Counted from the stretch's first letter, positions 20,391 through 29,128 are shown. The stretch is 54,607 nt of DNA from a virus (IMGVR_UViG_3300042507_001934:1-54607); one strand, 5' to 3'. Notes: generated by a model from the letters alone, not told the origin. Numbers and translations are program-made.

Positions 20391-20768
20391 TTACGATAAT
20401 TTGTTTAGTGCAGTCCTTCTTTTATTGCAAGAAGAACATCCTCTCGCTTTATGCTCAAGTTTAGTTCCTAAAACCTTATCAGTAGCCGCTGCTACAGTGT
20501 GAATGGCTTGGGCAATACGATCCCCAATCCCATCAGCATACCAGCAACGATCACTTGGTTGACGCTGGCAGATTTGATCTTCAACCATCTGCTCAATATT
20601 GCTTGGTAGTTCAACTCCGTTTGAGCGATAATCCTTTTGGATATTCTGCATCAAGCTACTCCATGTGCTTCCGTAAACAATAGCAGGAAATGTGAGTTTA
20701 TCACGCTTGATCTCATAACGCCAATACCAACCACCGACTGGAGCGAGGTTTTTGTTTTTCAGTTTCAT
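20391..20768 (-). CDS. Hypothetical Cys-containing protein
   Basis: 125 aa; PVGGWYW...QICQR...RC...GCSSCNKRR. Confidence 0.7.
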   Translation of the reverse strand: MKLKNKNLAPVGGWYWRYEIKRDKLTFPAIVYGSTWSSLMQNIQKDYRSNGVELPSNIEQMVEDQICQRQPSDRCWYADGIGDRIAQAIHTVAAATDKVLGTKLEHKARGCSSCNKRRTALNKLS

Positions 20769-20783
20769 CTTGCCTTTCGACGG

Positions 20784-20811
20784 AAAATATATTTTCTTAT
20801 TGATATGTCAA
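20784..20811 (-). promoter_or_regulatory. Sigma70-type promoter for the virion operon
   Basis: TTGACA (20811-20806) N16 TATTTT on the minus strand. Confidence 0.5.
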
Positions 20812-22655
20812 GAGTTTTTTCTTCCAACAAGGGTATTCAAAAATATGGGATGAAGTTTCCAGAAAACATGGACGAACTTGGGATAGAACTTTATTGCTAT
20901 GCAATTTCCCGTGGAGAGTATGGAAAAGAATACTGCGTTAAGCACAATATTAACCTAACAGATTTTAAATTACTCTCTCCATCTGAACATTTCCTTAATG
21001 CTGTGAAACTTCAATGGCCGACTGAGGTTTCTATCTACAGTCGAGGATATACGAATACTCAGTTGGTTAGGACGCTGGATGAGTTATGTTCCAATACTGA
21101 CATCTGTTTAGCAGGCGCGGCTTCGATGGGTAAGTCATTTCCAGTTGCACTTTGGATTTATCTTGATTGGTGTTCTGCCCCGCACTGCACTTCTTCTTGG
21201 GTTGCTACAACTACTCTGGGTGCATCTGAAGATCGTATATGGGGTATCATTTCTAAACTATGGAAGTCTGCCAGTGTTCAGTATGGTAAGTTGATCGACT
21301 ATCGTCACATGATTGTTTGGGGAGGTGCATCGAACGACGAAGATAAAGATTATCGTAATGCGATAAAAGCTTTGGCTTTTCAGTCTGGTAACGAGGGTCA
21401 GAAGGCTATTGATACTACCCGTGGTCGTAAAAATGATCGTGTTCGCTTGGCACTTGATGAGTTGCCCGAAATGGAGTTAGGAGCAATCACTGCTCGCGTC
21501 AACCTTTCAGCAAATAACGATATTACTTTTATCGGTATCGGAAACCCGTCAGCAGGCGATAACCCACACACCCGTTGGGCTATGCCTAAAGGTCATTCTA
21601 ACTTCGATTCAGTCAATCCAGACTTAATGAAGTGGGAAACGGAGACTGGAGTTTGTTTGTTTTATAACGGCATGAAGTCACCTAACTTCGATGCTCCTCC
21701 AAATGAACCATCTCCATTCCCGTTCCTTATGGATCGGAAGAAACAGGAGATCATGCTCAAACAATGTTATGGGGATGAGAATGCTATCGACTATGTTCGT
21801 AATGCTATCGGTTGGTGGCCGAAAACGGGATTTGCTCAAACTATTCTTACTGCTGATCTCATTCGTAACGCCGATACGAACGAAGAACCACTTTGGGATT
21901 CTGAAGGATTTACTAAGGTAGCAGGATTCGATACTGCATTTACAGTTGGTGGAGATAGGTGCGTTCTGACTATCGCCAAACTTGGGTATGTGCGAGGGAC
22001 TCGCAATCGTGTTATGTGGCTTGAGAGTCAGAAGGTAATCCAACTATCTGCTAACGCCGCTGCTGAGTTTGAAATCCAACTTGCTACTGAAGTTGTTAAT
22101 TATTGTAGGACTGCTGGAGTGCAACCATCCAAGTTTGGTATGGACGTGTCTGGTGATGGTGGCCGAGTTGGACAGGCTATCATTCGTGAGTGGCTACGCT
22201 TTGATTCCTCTGGAGCCGCTATCGCTCTTATCTCATCTATGGGTAAACCTACTGACCGAATCGCGGCAGAGGTTGATAAACGCCCGTGTAAGGATGTTTA
22301 CGATAGGTTGGTATCTGAATACTACTACTCATGCTATCACGCATTCAAGAGTCGCGTCCTATTCGGTGTTGATCCAGCTTCTGATTTGGCGCGGGAACTT
22401 TGCCTTCGCAGATACACGATTAAGTCTAAAAAGATTTCCATTGAGACAAAGGATGAACTTAAAGGAAGAACGGGATACTCGCCCGACTTGAGTGACAGCT
22501 TGATCTATGCCCTCGAAATGGCGCGGCGTAATGGCCTCGTTTTTATCGGAAACGATAAACCAGTTCCGACTAACAGATTTTGGGCGCGGGAGGAAAAGTT
22601 GGCCGATGTTAGTCAAGACGATGACTACGGATCAGACGATAACGGAGATTGGTAA
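20805..22655 (+). CDS. terL: Terminase large subunit
   Basis: Walker A GAASMGKS, Walker B LALDE, GNP motif, nuclease GFDTA...SPDLSDS; likely start MSRVFS at 20805. Confidence 0.88.
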   Translation: MSRVFSSNKGIQKYGMKFPENMDELGIELYCYAISRGEYGKEYCVKHNINLTDFKLLSPSEHFLNAVKLQWPTEVSIYSRGYTNTQLVRTLDELCSNTDICLAGAASMGKSFPVALWIYLDWCSAPHCTSSWVATTTLGASEDRIWGIISKLWKSASVQYGKLIDYRHMIVWGGASNDEDKDYRNAIKALAFQSGNEGQKAIDTTRGRKNDRVRLALDELPEMELGAITARVNLSANNDITFIGIGNPSAGDNPHTRWAMPKGHSNFDSVNPDLMKWETETGVCLFYNGMKSPNFDAPPNEPSPFPFLMDRKKQEIMLKQCYGDENAIDYVRNAIGWWPKTGFAQTILTADLIRNADTNEEPLWDSEGFTKVAGFDTAFTVGGDRCVLTIAKLGYVRGTRNRVMWLESQKVIQLSANAAAEFEIQLATEVVNYCRTAGVQPSKFGMDVSGDGGRVGQAIIREWLRFDSSGAAIALISSMGKPTDRIAAEVDKRPCKDVYDRLVSEYYYSCYHAFKSRVLFGVDPASDLARELCLRRYTIKSKKISIETKDELKGRTGYSPDLSDSLIYALEMARRNGLVFIGNDKPVPTNRFWAREEKLADVSQDDDYGSDDNGDW

Positions 22656-22656
22656 A

Positions 22657-23169
22657 TAGCAGGAACGGTTACGCGCAACCTTTTCAGATACTGGGTTTCC
22701 CAAGGTTACGCCGCCTACCCCGTCATACAACGGATCGGTGACTCGGTAATATACCTCCCAACCTCGATGTGGCATCCCGCTACGCAGTTTGCTCATCAGT
22801 GCATTCTTATCTGCCTGCTAAAATGGTGGCCGGGTTAACTCAGCATTATTGATGCTCACAGGTGATCGTTTCTGTCGCTTGCATCTCATCCGCCGACCAT
22901 ATAAAATTTAATACTGGGCCAAGGCGTTACTCTTGGTCATGGTTTCTGTGACGGCCCCATGTATTGCCGCTTGGTTTGTGAGTCCAATCAAACAAGACTA
23001 CTTCAAAGCTCGTAGTTAGCTGCATGACTCCATGCTTCCCAGTAAATTAAAACCCTACTCCGAAGCGTCCTTCGGCCTCATCTGTCAATTCAGAATGTCA
23101 TGTTGCGCACCGACTATTAAGAAGGAATTAGCGACCCATTGGGAAGCCAGAGGCGTGACGGGTAGTTTC
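22657..23169. ncRNA. Candidate cluster of 3-4 structured non-coding RNA units
   Basis: ORF-free gap made of units closed by terminal stems (tagcagg/cctgcta, atggt/accat, tactggg/cccagta) with several internal hairpins and AT-rich linkers. Confidence 0.5.
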
Positions 23170-23174
23170 AAAGA

Positions 23175-23396
23175 TCAATCGAGAATACCTTCAAGTTCCA
23201 AGGTATTCGCTACTTCTTCTGGCACTACAATACGGATTACTTTCTCCCCGTCAAGGAAACCAAGAGTTTCTTTCACGCGAATATCGCTTTTCTTTACCCA
23301 ACATTGGTTGAACTTCTGACGGAACAGAATCTTAGTTGGGTTCTCACTTACTTCGGTTCCTTCGCAAATGATGCGGGATTCAAACGTTGTATTCAT
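23175..23396 (-). CDS. Hypothetical protein
   Basis: 73 aa, coupled to the HNH gene. Confidence 0.65.
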   Translation of the reverse strand: MNTTFESRIICEGTEVSENPTKILFRQKFNQCWVKKSDIRVKETLGFLDGEKVIRIVVPEEVANTLELEGILD

Positions 23397-23697
23397 AAAT
23401 TAGATAGCCTTTCTCTCTGGCCCATGCAGGGTTGTCGTGGATTTTATTATGGCAGGGACGGCAAACCGCCATGAATGTTGCCATGTTGCAAAGGTTCTTA
23501 CCTCGCTTTGCCTTATGATGAATGTCAGTAGCTGGACAACCGCACACTTCACAATTCGGTTTAAGGTTGAAATAAAGTGTCCGTGCCACTTTATACTTTT
23601 CATTTTCTTCACGCTTGCGGTCACTGAATGCCTTTAGTTTTCCTCCGCGTTTTTTGAAACCCGTTTTTGCTTTAAGTGGGGTTTTTCTTCGTAGCAT
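23380..23697 (-). CDS. HNH endonuclease
   Basis: CEVCG..ATDIHH...N.....VCRPCHNKIH. Confidence 0.85.
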   Translation of the reverse strand: MLRRKTPLKAKTGFKKRGGKLKAFSDRKREENEKYKVARTLYFNLKPNCEVCGCPATDIHHKAKRGKNLCNMATFMAVCRPCHNKIHDNPAWAREKGYLIYEYNV

Positions 23698-23945
23698 AGT
23701 GCGATTACTTTCTCTACTTGTTCTTTCTTTAGGATACTTTTAGAGTTAACTTCGATCTGGTTGATGAGTGATCCAGTCACGCCGATCTTCTCTCCAAGCT
23801 CCCGGACAGTCAACCGCAACATCCTGCGAGTCTCACGCAACTGGGTGGCGAAAGTTTTCCTTCCAATAGAACGAACCATGCGTGATTGCTCGTAGGCAGT
23901 CATGCAGGACTCATATGCGTCTTCTAAAGGATGTCTCATTTCCAT
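23634..23945 (-). CDS. XRE-family helix-turn-helix regulator
   Basis: LRETRRMLRLTVRELGEKIGVTGSLINQIE. Confidence 0.8.
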   Translation of the reverse strand: MEMRHPLEDAYESCMTAYEQSRMVRSIGRKTFATQLRETRRMLRLTVRELGEKIGVTGSLINQIEVNSKSILKKEQVEKVIALCYEEKPHLKQKRVSKNAEEN

Positions 23946-23947
23946 AA

Positions 23948-23993
23948 AAAATAAACCAAGAGTATTGACAAGTCAACACTTTTTTGTTACTAT
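23948..23993. promoter_or_regulatory. Overlapping divergent sigma70 promoters
   Basis: Plus: TTGACA 23965-70 N17 TACTAT 23988-93 with extended TG. Minus: TTGACT 23976-71 N17 TATTTT. Confidence 0.7.
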
Positions 23994-24001
23994 GATTGCT
24001 T

Positions 24002-24370
24002 ATGGATAACACTAACGAAATAAACAACAACGCAGAGAAATTGCTAATGGCAGTTAGGCAGACTGTCATGGTTACGAATCTGTCTTTAGCAGGGGCATTA
24101 GAAACTTCTTTTCAAGCCATGTATGAAAAAAAAGAGGGCATCTTATTTATGGGAATAAGAGCGGATAGCACGGCGGTATTGATTGCAACGGGAGAAGGCT
24201 CAAACTCAATCATTCAATTAAATGTTGTGCTTGGAAAAGATTGTTTTGGTGAACGTAAATCAATCTACAAACTGGAAACACACGAAGAAACTATTCAAGT
24301 GTGGCAGAAACTTAGAGACAAAGTGTATGAATGGTCTGATGAAATGATTGATGAAGTTGAATTGGATTGA
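24002..24370 (+). CDS. Hypothetical protein
   Basis: ORF just downstream of the promoter. Confidence 0.7.
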   Translation: MDNTNEINNNAEKLLMAVRQTVMVTNLSLAGALETSFQAMYEKKEGILFMGIRADSTAVLIATGEGSNSIIQLNVVLGKDCFGERKSIYKLETHEETIQVWQKLRDKVYEWSDEMIDEVELD

Positions 24371-24390
24371 TTATCGTTACCGATAAAAAT

Positions 24391-24597
24391 ATGAAAAAAA
24401 AGAAATCAAAACCAAAACTTCATCGAGACTGGAAGTTCTTCATGGAACTAAATTGCTGTAAAGGTATGTGGCCTGCTGCATACTATATGGATGGTTTGCA
24501 TTTTTGGCCTTGTGGGAAAATAGATGAAGACAGATGCCATTGTGAACTTTGCACAGACATGGCTCGGAATGATTATTATTTGAAAAAATATGGTTGA
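24391..24597 (+). CDS. Small Cys-rich hypothetical protein
   Basis: MKKKKSKPK...CC...C...CHCELC. Confidence 0.55.
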   Translation: MKKKKSKPKLHRDWKFFMELNCCKGMWPAAYYMDGLHFWPCGKIDEDRCHCELCTDMARNDYYLKKYG

Positions 24598-24622
24598 CAT
24601 CGAATACAACCTGTAGTAGTTT
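24594..24622 (+). promoter_or_regulatory. Sigma70-type promoter upstream of the replication genes
   Basis: TTGACA 24594-99 N17 TAGTTT. Confidence 0.55.
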
Positions 24623-24768
24623 TCAGTTGCACGAGAAATTGTGCCTCGGCGTGGAAACCGAGTAATAGAAGATTAAATCGAAATACAAATATCACCTTCC
24701 TGCCATAGAGCTTTCCACCCGACATTCAATCGGTCTTCTTTCTATGGCAGGGGGTGGCCCTTCAAAAA

Positions 24769-25764
24769 ATGATACCTGTAAAACAACCTCAACGCCTATT
24801 CACGCGAATGAAGAAGGCAGTGTTGAGAGAAGATATGATGGCACTAACGCAAGAGGTAACTCAAGCGATGGTTCTTGGACAGATGCTGTATTGGACAAAA
24901 ACCTTGGACAAAGTAAACGATTGGTTGTTTGAGGAGAATAAGCGGTTGGCAGAAGTTGAGCTTCCACAACACGAATATAACTATGGTTGGATTTACAAAT
25001 CAGCACGGGAAATGCGTGAAGATTTGATGAACGCTTTTAGTGAAGACGCAATTCAACGGGCATTCTCGGCACTCGTAACCAAAGGCGTTTTAATGAAAAG
25101 ACACAACCCAATTGTTCGATATGACAGGAAACTTCAGTATCGAATCGACATCGTTTTTTTGCGTCGTTTGCTTAAAGATCGTGGTTATGAAATGACAGAT
25201 TTTCAACTTGCAACCATTCCGCAAGAAGCGGCGTTCATTCCGCATGGTGCGGTATCAATGACGCAAGGTGCGGAAACAATAACAGAGACTATAACAAAGA
25301 TTACAAACAAAGAAAACCTCCTAACCTCCTTGAAGGAGGAAGAGGAAAGTTCGGCAATGGCCTCACATTCCTCGGAAGTAGTAACTCAACCAAATCTATT
25401 CCCGACTAACCCAAGTGAAGCTAACGCTTCGGGTTCGGCTAACGCCAAACTGAACTCTGCCGATGGCAATGGAACTACCCCCCCAATTCCGCTCGCCCCC
25501 CCACGAACCAAACGAGCTACCCAAATCGAAAAGCCAAGCGGAGTGAGCGAGCAAGTCTGGAATGACTTCATCGCCCTCCGTAAAGCTAAACGCGCCCCGC
25601 TATCACCAACGGCACTCTCGGTCATCGCCAAAGAAGCTGAGAAGGCAGCGATGCACATCGAGGAGGCATTGACCGAATGCGTCACCCGTGGATGGCAGAG
25701 CTTCAAGGCTGAATGGATCAAACCAAAAACAACAACCAAACCAGAACGATTCTCCAACTTTTGA
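24769..25764 (+). CDS. Replication initiator / replisome organiser (lambda O-like)
   Basis: N-terminal wHTH (VLGQMLYW...WIYKSARE...SEDAIQRA), low-complexity linker, C-terminal VWNDFIALRKAK...GWQSF domain; upstream of dnaB. Start is 24754 or 24769. Confidence 0.75.
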   Translation: MIPVKQPQRLFTRMKKAVLREDMMALTQEVTQAMVLGQMLYWTKTLDKVNDWLFEENKRLAEVELPQHEYNYGWIYKSAREMREDLMNAFSEDAIQRAFSALVTKGVLMKRHNPIVRYDRKLQYRIDIVFLRRLLKDRGYEMTDFQLATIPQEAAFIPHGAVSMTQGAETITETITKITNKENLLTSLKEEEESSAMASHSSEVVTQPNLFPTNPSEANASGSANAKLNSADGNGTTPPIPLAPPRTKRATQIEKPSGVSEQVWNDFIALRKAKRAPLSPTALSVIAKEAEKAAMHIEEALTECVTRGWQSFKAEWIKPKTTTKPERFSNF

Positions 25765-25799
25765 TTATCGTTACCGATAAAACCTAAATAGAAAGAAAA

Positions 25800-26738
25800 A
25801 TGAATGAGCTACACTTATTTGCTGGAGCAGGGGGAGGAATCCTCGGCGGGATGCTTCTCGGACATACCACAGTCTGTGCTGTCGAACTTGAACCTTACTG
25901 CCGAAAAGTCTTACTCCAAAGACAACGAGACGGCATCCTGCCAAAGTTCCCAATCTGGGATGATGTCACCACATTCGATGGAACTCCGTGGAGAGGAAAA
26001 GTCGATGTCGTCTGCGGAGGATTCCCTTGCCAAGACATATCAGCAGCAGGCAAAGGAGCCGGGATCACAGGAGAGCGAAGCGGACTCTGGGGAGAGATGG
26101 CCAGAATCATTGGCGAAATACGACCTAAATACGCATTCGTGGAGAACTCACCAATGCTTACTCTTCGAGGACTTGACCGAGTGCTTGGCGATCTTTCCGA
26201 GATGGGGTATGATGCACGATGGGGAGTTGTGGGAGCTTACCATGTCGGCGCACCTCACAGAAGAGAACGAATCTGGATTACAGCCAGACGGGATAAATTT
26301 CTTTCATACTCCCAACACAACTGGACTGGATGGGGGCAGCAACAGCAGGAAAGCGTTGAAGAAAAGACAGGAGATGATATGGCCAACTCCACGCAGTTGT
26401 TCAGCAATGGCGGCAACGATAACTCCAGAGTCGGCCTGGAACGAGAATCGTTTTCCAAACTTGGAAACAATTGTGGGGCAAAGAATGTGGCCAACCCCAT
26501 GTGCAAGCGACAATCGGGACAGGGGTCATGTTGGTATGCCAGCGATCCAGCGGAGAAAAGAGAAGGGGAAACAGATAGGGCTTGGTCAGAGCGTGTCGGA
26601 CACATCTGGGGCATTGAATCCAGATTGGGTCGAGTGGCTGATGGGGTGGCCAATCGGGTGGACAGACTTAAAGCCATTGGAAACGGGCAAGTTTCAATCG
26701 TGGCAGCAACAGCATGGAGAATACTTGGAGGAGAATAA
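25800..26738 (+). CDS. C5 cytosine DNA methyltransferase (motifs I-VIII and X)
   Basis: LFAGAGG (I), GGFPCQD (IV), VENSP (VI), PHRRERIW (VIII), RLKAIGNG (X). Confidence 0.92.
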   Translation: MNELHLFAGAGGGILGGMLLGHTTVCAVELEPYCRKVLLQRQRDGILPKFPIWDDVTTFDGTPWRGKVDVVCGGFPCQDISAAGKGAGITGERSGLWGEMARIIGEIRPKYAFVENSPMLTLRGLDRVLGDLSEMGYDARWGVVGAYHVGAPHRRERIWITARRDKFLSYSQHNWTGWGQQQQESVEEKTGDDMANSTQLFSNGGNDNSRVGLERESFSKLGNNCGAKNVANPMCKRQSGQGSCWYASDPAEKREGETDRAWSERVGHIWGIESRLGRVADGVANRVDRLKAIGNGQVSIVAATAWRILGGE

Positions 26739-26742
26739 ATGA
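25804..26742 (+). CDS. Overlapping +1-frame ORF carrying the motif IX-like segment and WPTP repeats (putative second MTase subunit)
   Basis: 312 codons open; FHTP/WPTP/WPTP repeats; LNPDWVEWLMGWPIGWTD; stop overlaps the dnaB ATG. Confidence 0.7.
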   Translation: MSYTYLLEQGEESSAGCFSDIPQSVLSNLNLTAEKSYSKDNETASCQSSQSGMMSPHSMELRGEEKSMSSAEDSLAKTYQQQAKEPGSQESEADSGERWPESLAKYDLNTHSWRTHQCLLFEDLTECLAIFPRWGMMHDGELWELTMSAHLTEENESGLQPDGINFFHTPNTTGLDGGSNSRKALKKRQEMIWPTPRSCSAMAATITPESAWNENRFPNLETIVGQRMWPTPCASDNRDRGHVGMPAIQRRKEKGKQIGLGQSVSDTSGALNPDWVEWLMGWPIGWTDLKPLETGKFQSWQQQHGEYLEENK

Positions 26743-27971
26743 AAAAAGTCCCAATAGCACGAAAGAGTGAAGCGGCAGCATTGTCGCTGATAGCAATCGA
26801 CAGAAACATACTTTCCCAACAAACATGGGATAGTGGTTATTTCGCCATAAACGCCAACAGGATCGTTTTTGAAGCTCTCCAAGGGGTTCACCAGCGGACA
26901 GGTGTTTGCTGCCCGTTCTCCGCCATCGCAGAACTGGAAGCGACAGGAAAGTTAGATGCGGCGGGTGGTGAAGAATCTGTCCATGACACATTACGCACGA
27001 TGAACGTAGCGTCTGGTAAGGTTTGCCAAGACATGGCAGACGATTATCGGAAACATCTTCACCGCACTAAAGCCTACCGAGATGTTCTTACTCTCATGGA
27101 GAAGGAAGAAGTAAACCTCCGCGCAGGCAAAGCGGATTTGAAAGGATTATCGGAAACGATAATGAACTTGGCCGAGGATCGGACAACAAAAGTAAAACCA
27201 GTCAAAGACCTCATCATCGAAATCATTGATGAGATGGAAGGTAAAGCTGTAAAGGAATTCTTTCCTACTGGATTGCTGAAAGTAGATCGTGCGCTCAAAG
27301 GTGGAATGCACAAAGGCGAGATGATGACAGTAGCATCAGAGACTGGTGGTGGAAAATCCATCTACCTTGTCCAAGCTGCACTCGCCAACCTGCAAGATGG
27401 AAAGTCAGTTCTGTTCTTCAGCCTTGAAATGAAAGCAAAGGACATCCTAACTCGTATGGCTTGCAACTTGGCAGGGTATCCGGTGCGTGAACCAGAGGAT
27501 TACAAAAACGCCAACCAACACGAACTCCTAAAAATCAACTCCGCATTGTTGCAATTACACCAGTTACCCCTCGAAATCGTGGATGGAGTAGCCGAAATTG
27601 ACGAGATTGAGGCCCAAATCAACCGATACGTTGGAGAAAAACGGGCAGATGTAATTGTTGTAGATTACCTCCAAATCATCTCATCTGACGGGGAAGAAGG
27701 CAGAGAAAGCCAGATTTCGGAGATTGCAAGGAGATTAAAACTCGCAGCACTGAAGAATAACTCGATTATGCTTACTGCTTCCCAACTAAACGACGAAGGA
27801 AGACTACGCGAATCACGGGCTATTGGAATGCACTCTGACCAAGTAGTGTATATCGAACACATCAAAGAGAAGAGCAGGCTGACGATCAAAAAGAACCGCC
27901 GAGGTGCGAGGAACTACATGACAGAAATCGTCATGCGTGGTGACATCTCAAAACTTGAGGAGGTATACTAA
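26739..27971 (+). CDS. dnaB: DnaB-like replicative helicase
   Basis: ASETGGGKS, FFSLEM, VVDYLQ, SQLN...LRESRAI, KNRRG. Confidence 0.92.
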   Translation: MKKVPIARKSEAAALSLIAIDRNILSQQTWDSGYFAINANRIVFEALQGVHQRTGVCCPFSAIAELEATGKLDAAGGEESVHDTLRTMNVASGKVCQDMADDYRKHLHRTKAYRDVLTLMEKEEVNLRAGKADLKGLSETIMNLAEDRTTKVKPVKDLIIEIIDEMEGKAVKEFFPTGLLKVDRALKGGMHKGEMMTVASETGGGKSIYLVQAALANLQDGKSVLFFSLEMKAKDILTRMACNLAGYPVREPEDYKNANQHELLKINSALLQLHQLPLEIVDGVAEIDEIEAQINRYVGEKRADVIVVDYLQIISSDGEEGRESQISEIARRLKLAALKNNSIMLTASQLNDEGRLRESRAIGMHSDQVVYIEHIKEKSRLTIKKNRRGARNYMTEIVMRGDISKLEEVY

Positions 27972-28165
27972 TGACAACTGACCAAGCATATGGAAAAGCG
28001 TTAAAGTATTTGGAGGCAGCAAACTCAATCTGGGAAGCTCAAGACAAGGAAAGGTATTGCATCGCAGAGAACTATCATAATGAAGGACTCAAGATAATGA
28101 ACCAATACTTTTCTGAAACAAAAGTATTGACACAGATACAAGATATTGATTCAATGCTGCCATGA
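27971..28165 (+). CDS. Hypothetical protein
   Basis: 64 aa, coupled on both sides. Confidence 0.65.
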   Translation: MTTDQAYGKALKYLEAANSIWEAQDKERYCIAENYHNEGLKIMNQYFSETKVLTQIQDIDSMLP

Positions 28166-28365
28166 GTGATACACCAGAGACGGATGCGCTAATTTCAAAA
28201 GCTGGATTTGGTCCAACCGCATGGGAATGGCGACAGCATTCCAGACGGCTTGAACGCGAGCGAGACGAGGCGAGAGCGGAGCGGGACATCCTGCGGCTTA
28301 ACTCGCTTGGAACAATTCAACTGAACATCCCTGTGACTACCGATTGGAAGGAGGAAACAAAATGA
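28162..28365 (+). CDS. TPETDA/ERERDEAR array protein 1
   Basis: MSDTPETDA...RRLERERDEAR...WKEETK. Confidence 0.75.
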   Translation: MSDTPETDALISKAGFGPTAWEWRQHSRRLERERDEARAERDILRLNSLGTIQLNIPVTTDWKEETK

Positions 28366-28676
28366 GGAAGCGACCTACACCAGAGACGGATGCCTTCGCA
28401 AAGGCGATGTATTCGAGAGGAGTGGACTCCCACCACGACGGTCGTGAAGCACTTAAGCACGCGAAAAGGTTAGAGCGCGAGCGCGACGAGGCGAGGAAAT
28501 TTTCCAATGATCTAACAGACAAGTATCTGGAAGCAACAGGCCATTTGCAACGCGAACGAAACGAACTGCTAAAAGCGATGAGAGAGATATTAAAAGTCTC
28601 AGAACCTACTCCAGTTCTGACATATCAAAAAATGGAAGATATTGCATCAAAAGCATTGAAGGATACAGCAAAATGA
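28362..28676 (+). CDS. Array protein 2
   Basis: MRKRPTPETDA...KRLERERDEAR...KDTAK; ATGA start. Confidence 0.75.
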   Translation: MRKRPTPETDAFAKAMYSRGVDSHHDGREALKHAKRLERERDEARKFSNDLTDKYLEATGHLQRERNELLKAMREILKVSEPTPVLTYQKMEDIASKALKDTAK

Positions 28677-29128
28677 GTAAATATAAATTAATTAATGATC
28701 AGTTCAAAGACAAGTGGATCAACAAACCAAACAATATGGGGGATGTTGGAGATTTACAGGATATAACGGATGAGCTAAACAATTTGTTGCATGAGCGCGA
28801 CGAGGCGAGGGAGGAGATCAGCAGCATCCGCAATGTGCTATCCCATAACGGACAGGCCGTTGGAGATGGAGATCATGATTATTCAATTATTGAAATGATT
28901 GAAAATTTAATTAAATCAAGGTATTATTTTGTTCAAAAAAGCGATTCATTAGAGCAAGAGCGCGACGAGGCGCGGGATATACTGCGTAAATTACTGGAAA
29001 TTATTCCAGAACCAGAATGCCACGACTTCGGACATACCAAAGAAGAACAACACGCTTTTCTTGAAAAGTGTCCAGTTATGGCTCGTTACGATGCGCTCAT
29101 CGCACAAGCAAAGGAGGCTGCAAAATGA
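28673..29128 (+). CDS. Array protein 3 (two ERDEAR blocks)
   Basis: HERDEARE and QERDEARD; ends KEAAK. Confidence 0.75.
   Translation: MSKYKLINDQFKDKWINKPNNMGDVGDLQDITDELNNLLHERDEAREEISSIRNVLSHNGQAVGDGDHDYSIIEMIENLIKSRYYFVQKSDSLEQERDEARDILRKLLEIIPEPECHDFGHTKEEQHAFLEKCPVMARYDALIAQAKEAAK

Noticed and set aside
22770-22805. Hammerhead-like CUGAUGA on the minus strand
   Set aside because: The required GAAA after stem II is absent (reads GUAG).
25276-25312. Possible origin iterons within the initiator gene
   Set aside because: Only loose ACAA/ATAAC repeats, explainable by a Thr/Ile/Lys linker; too weak to call.
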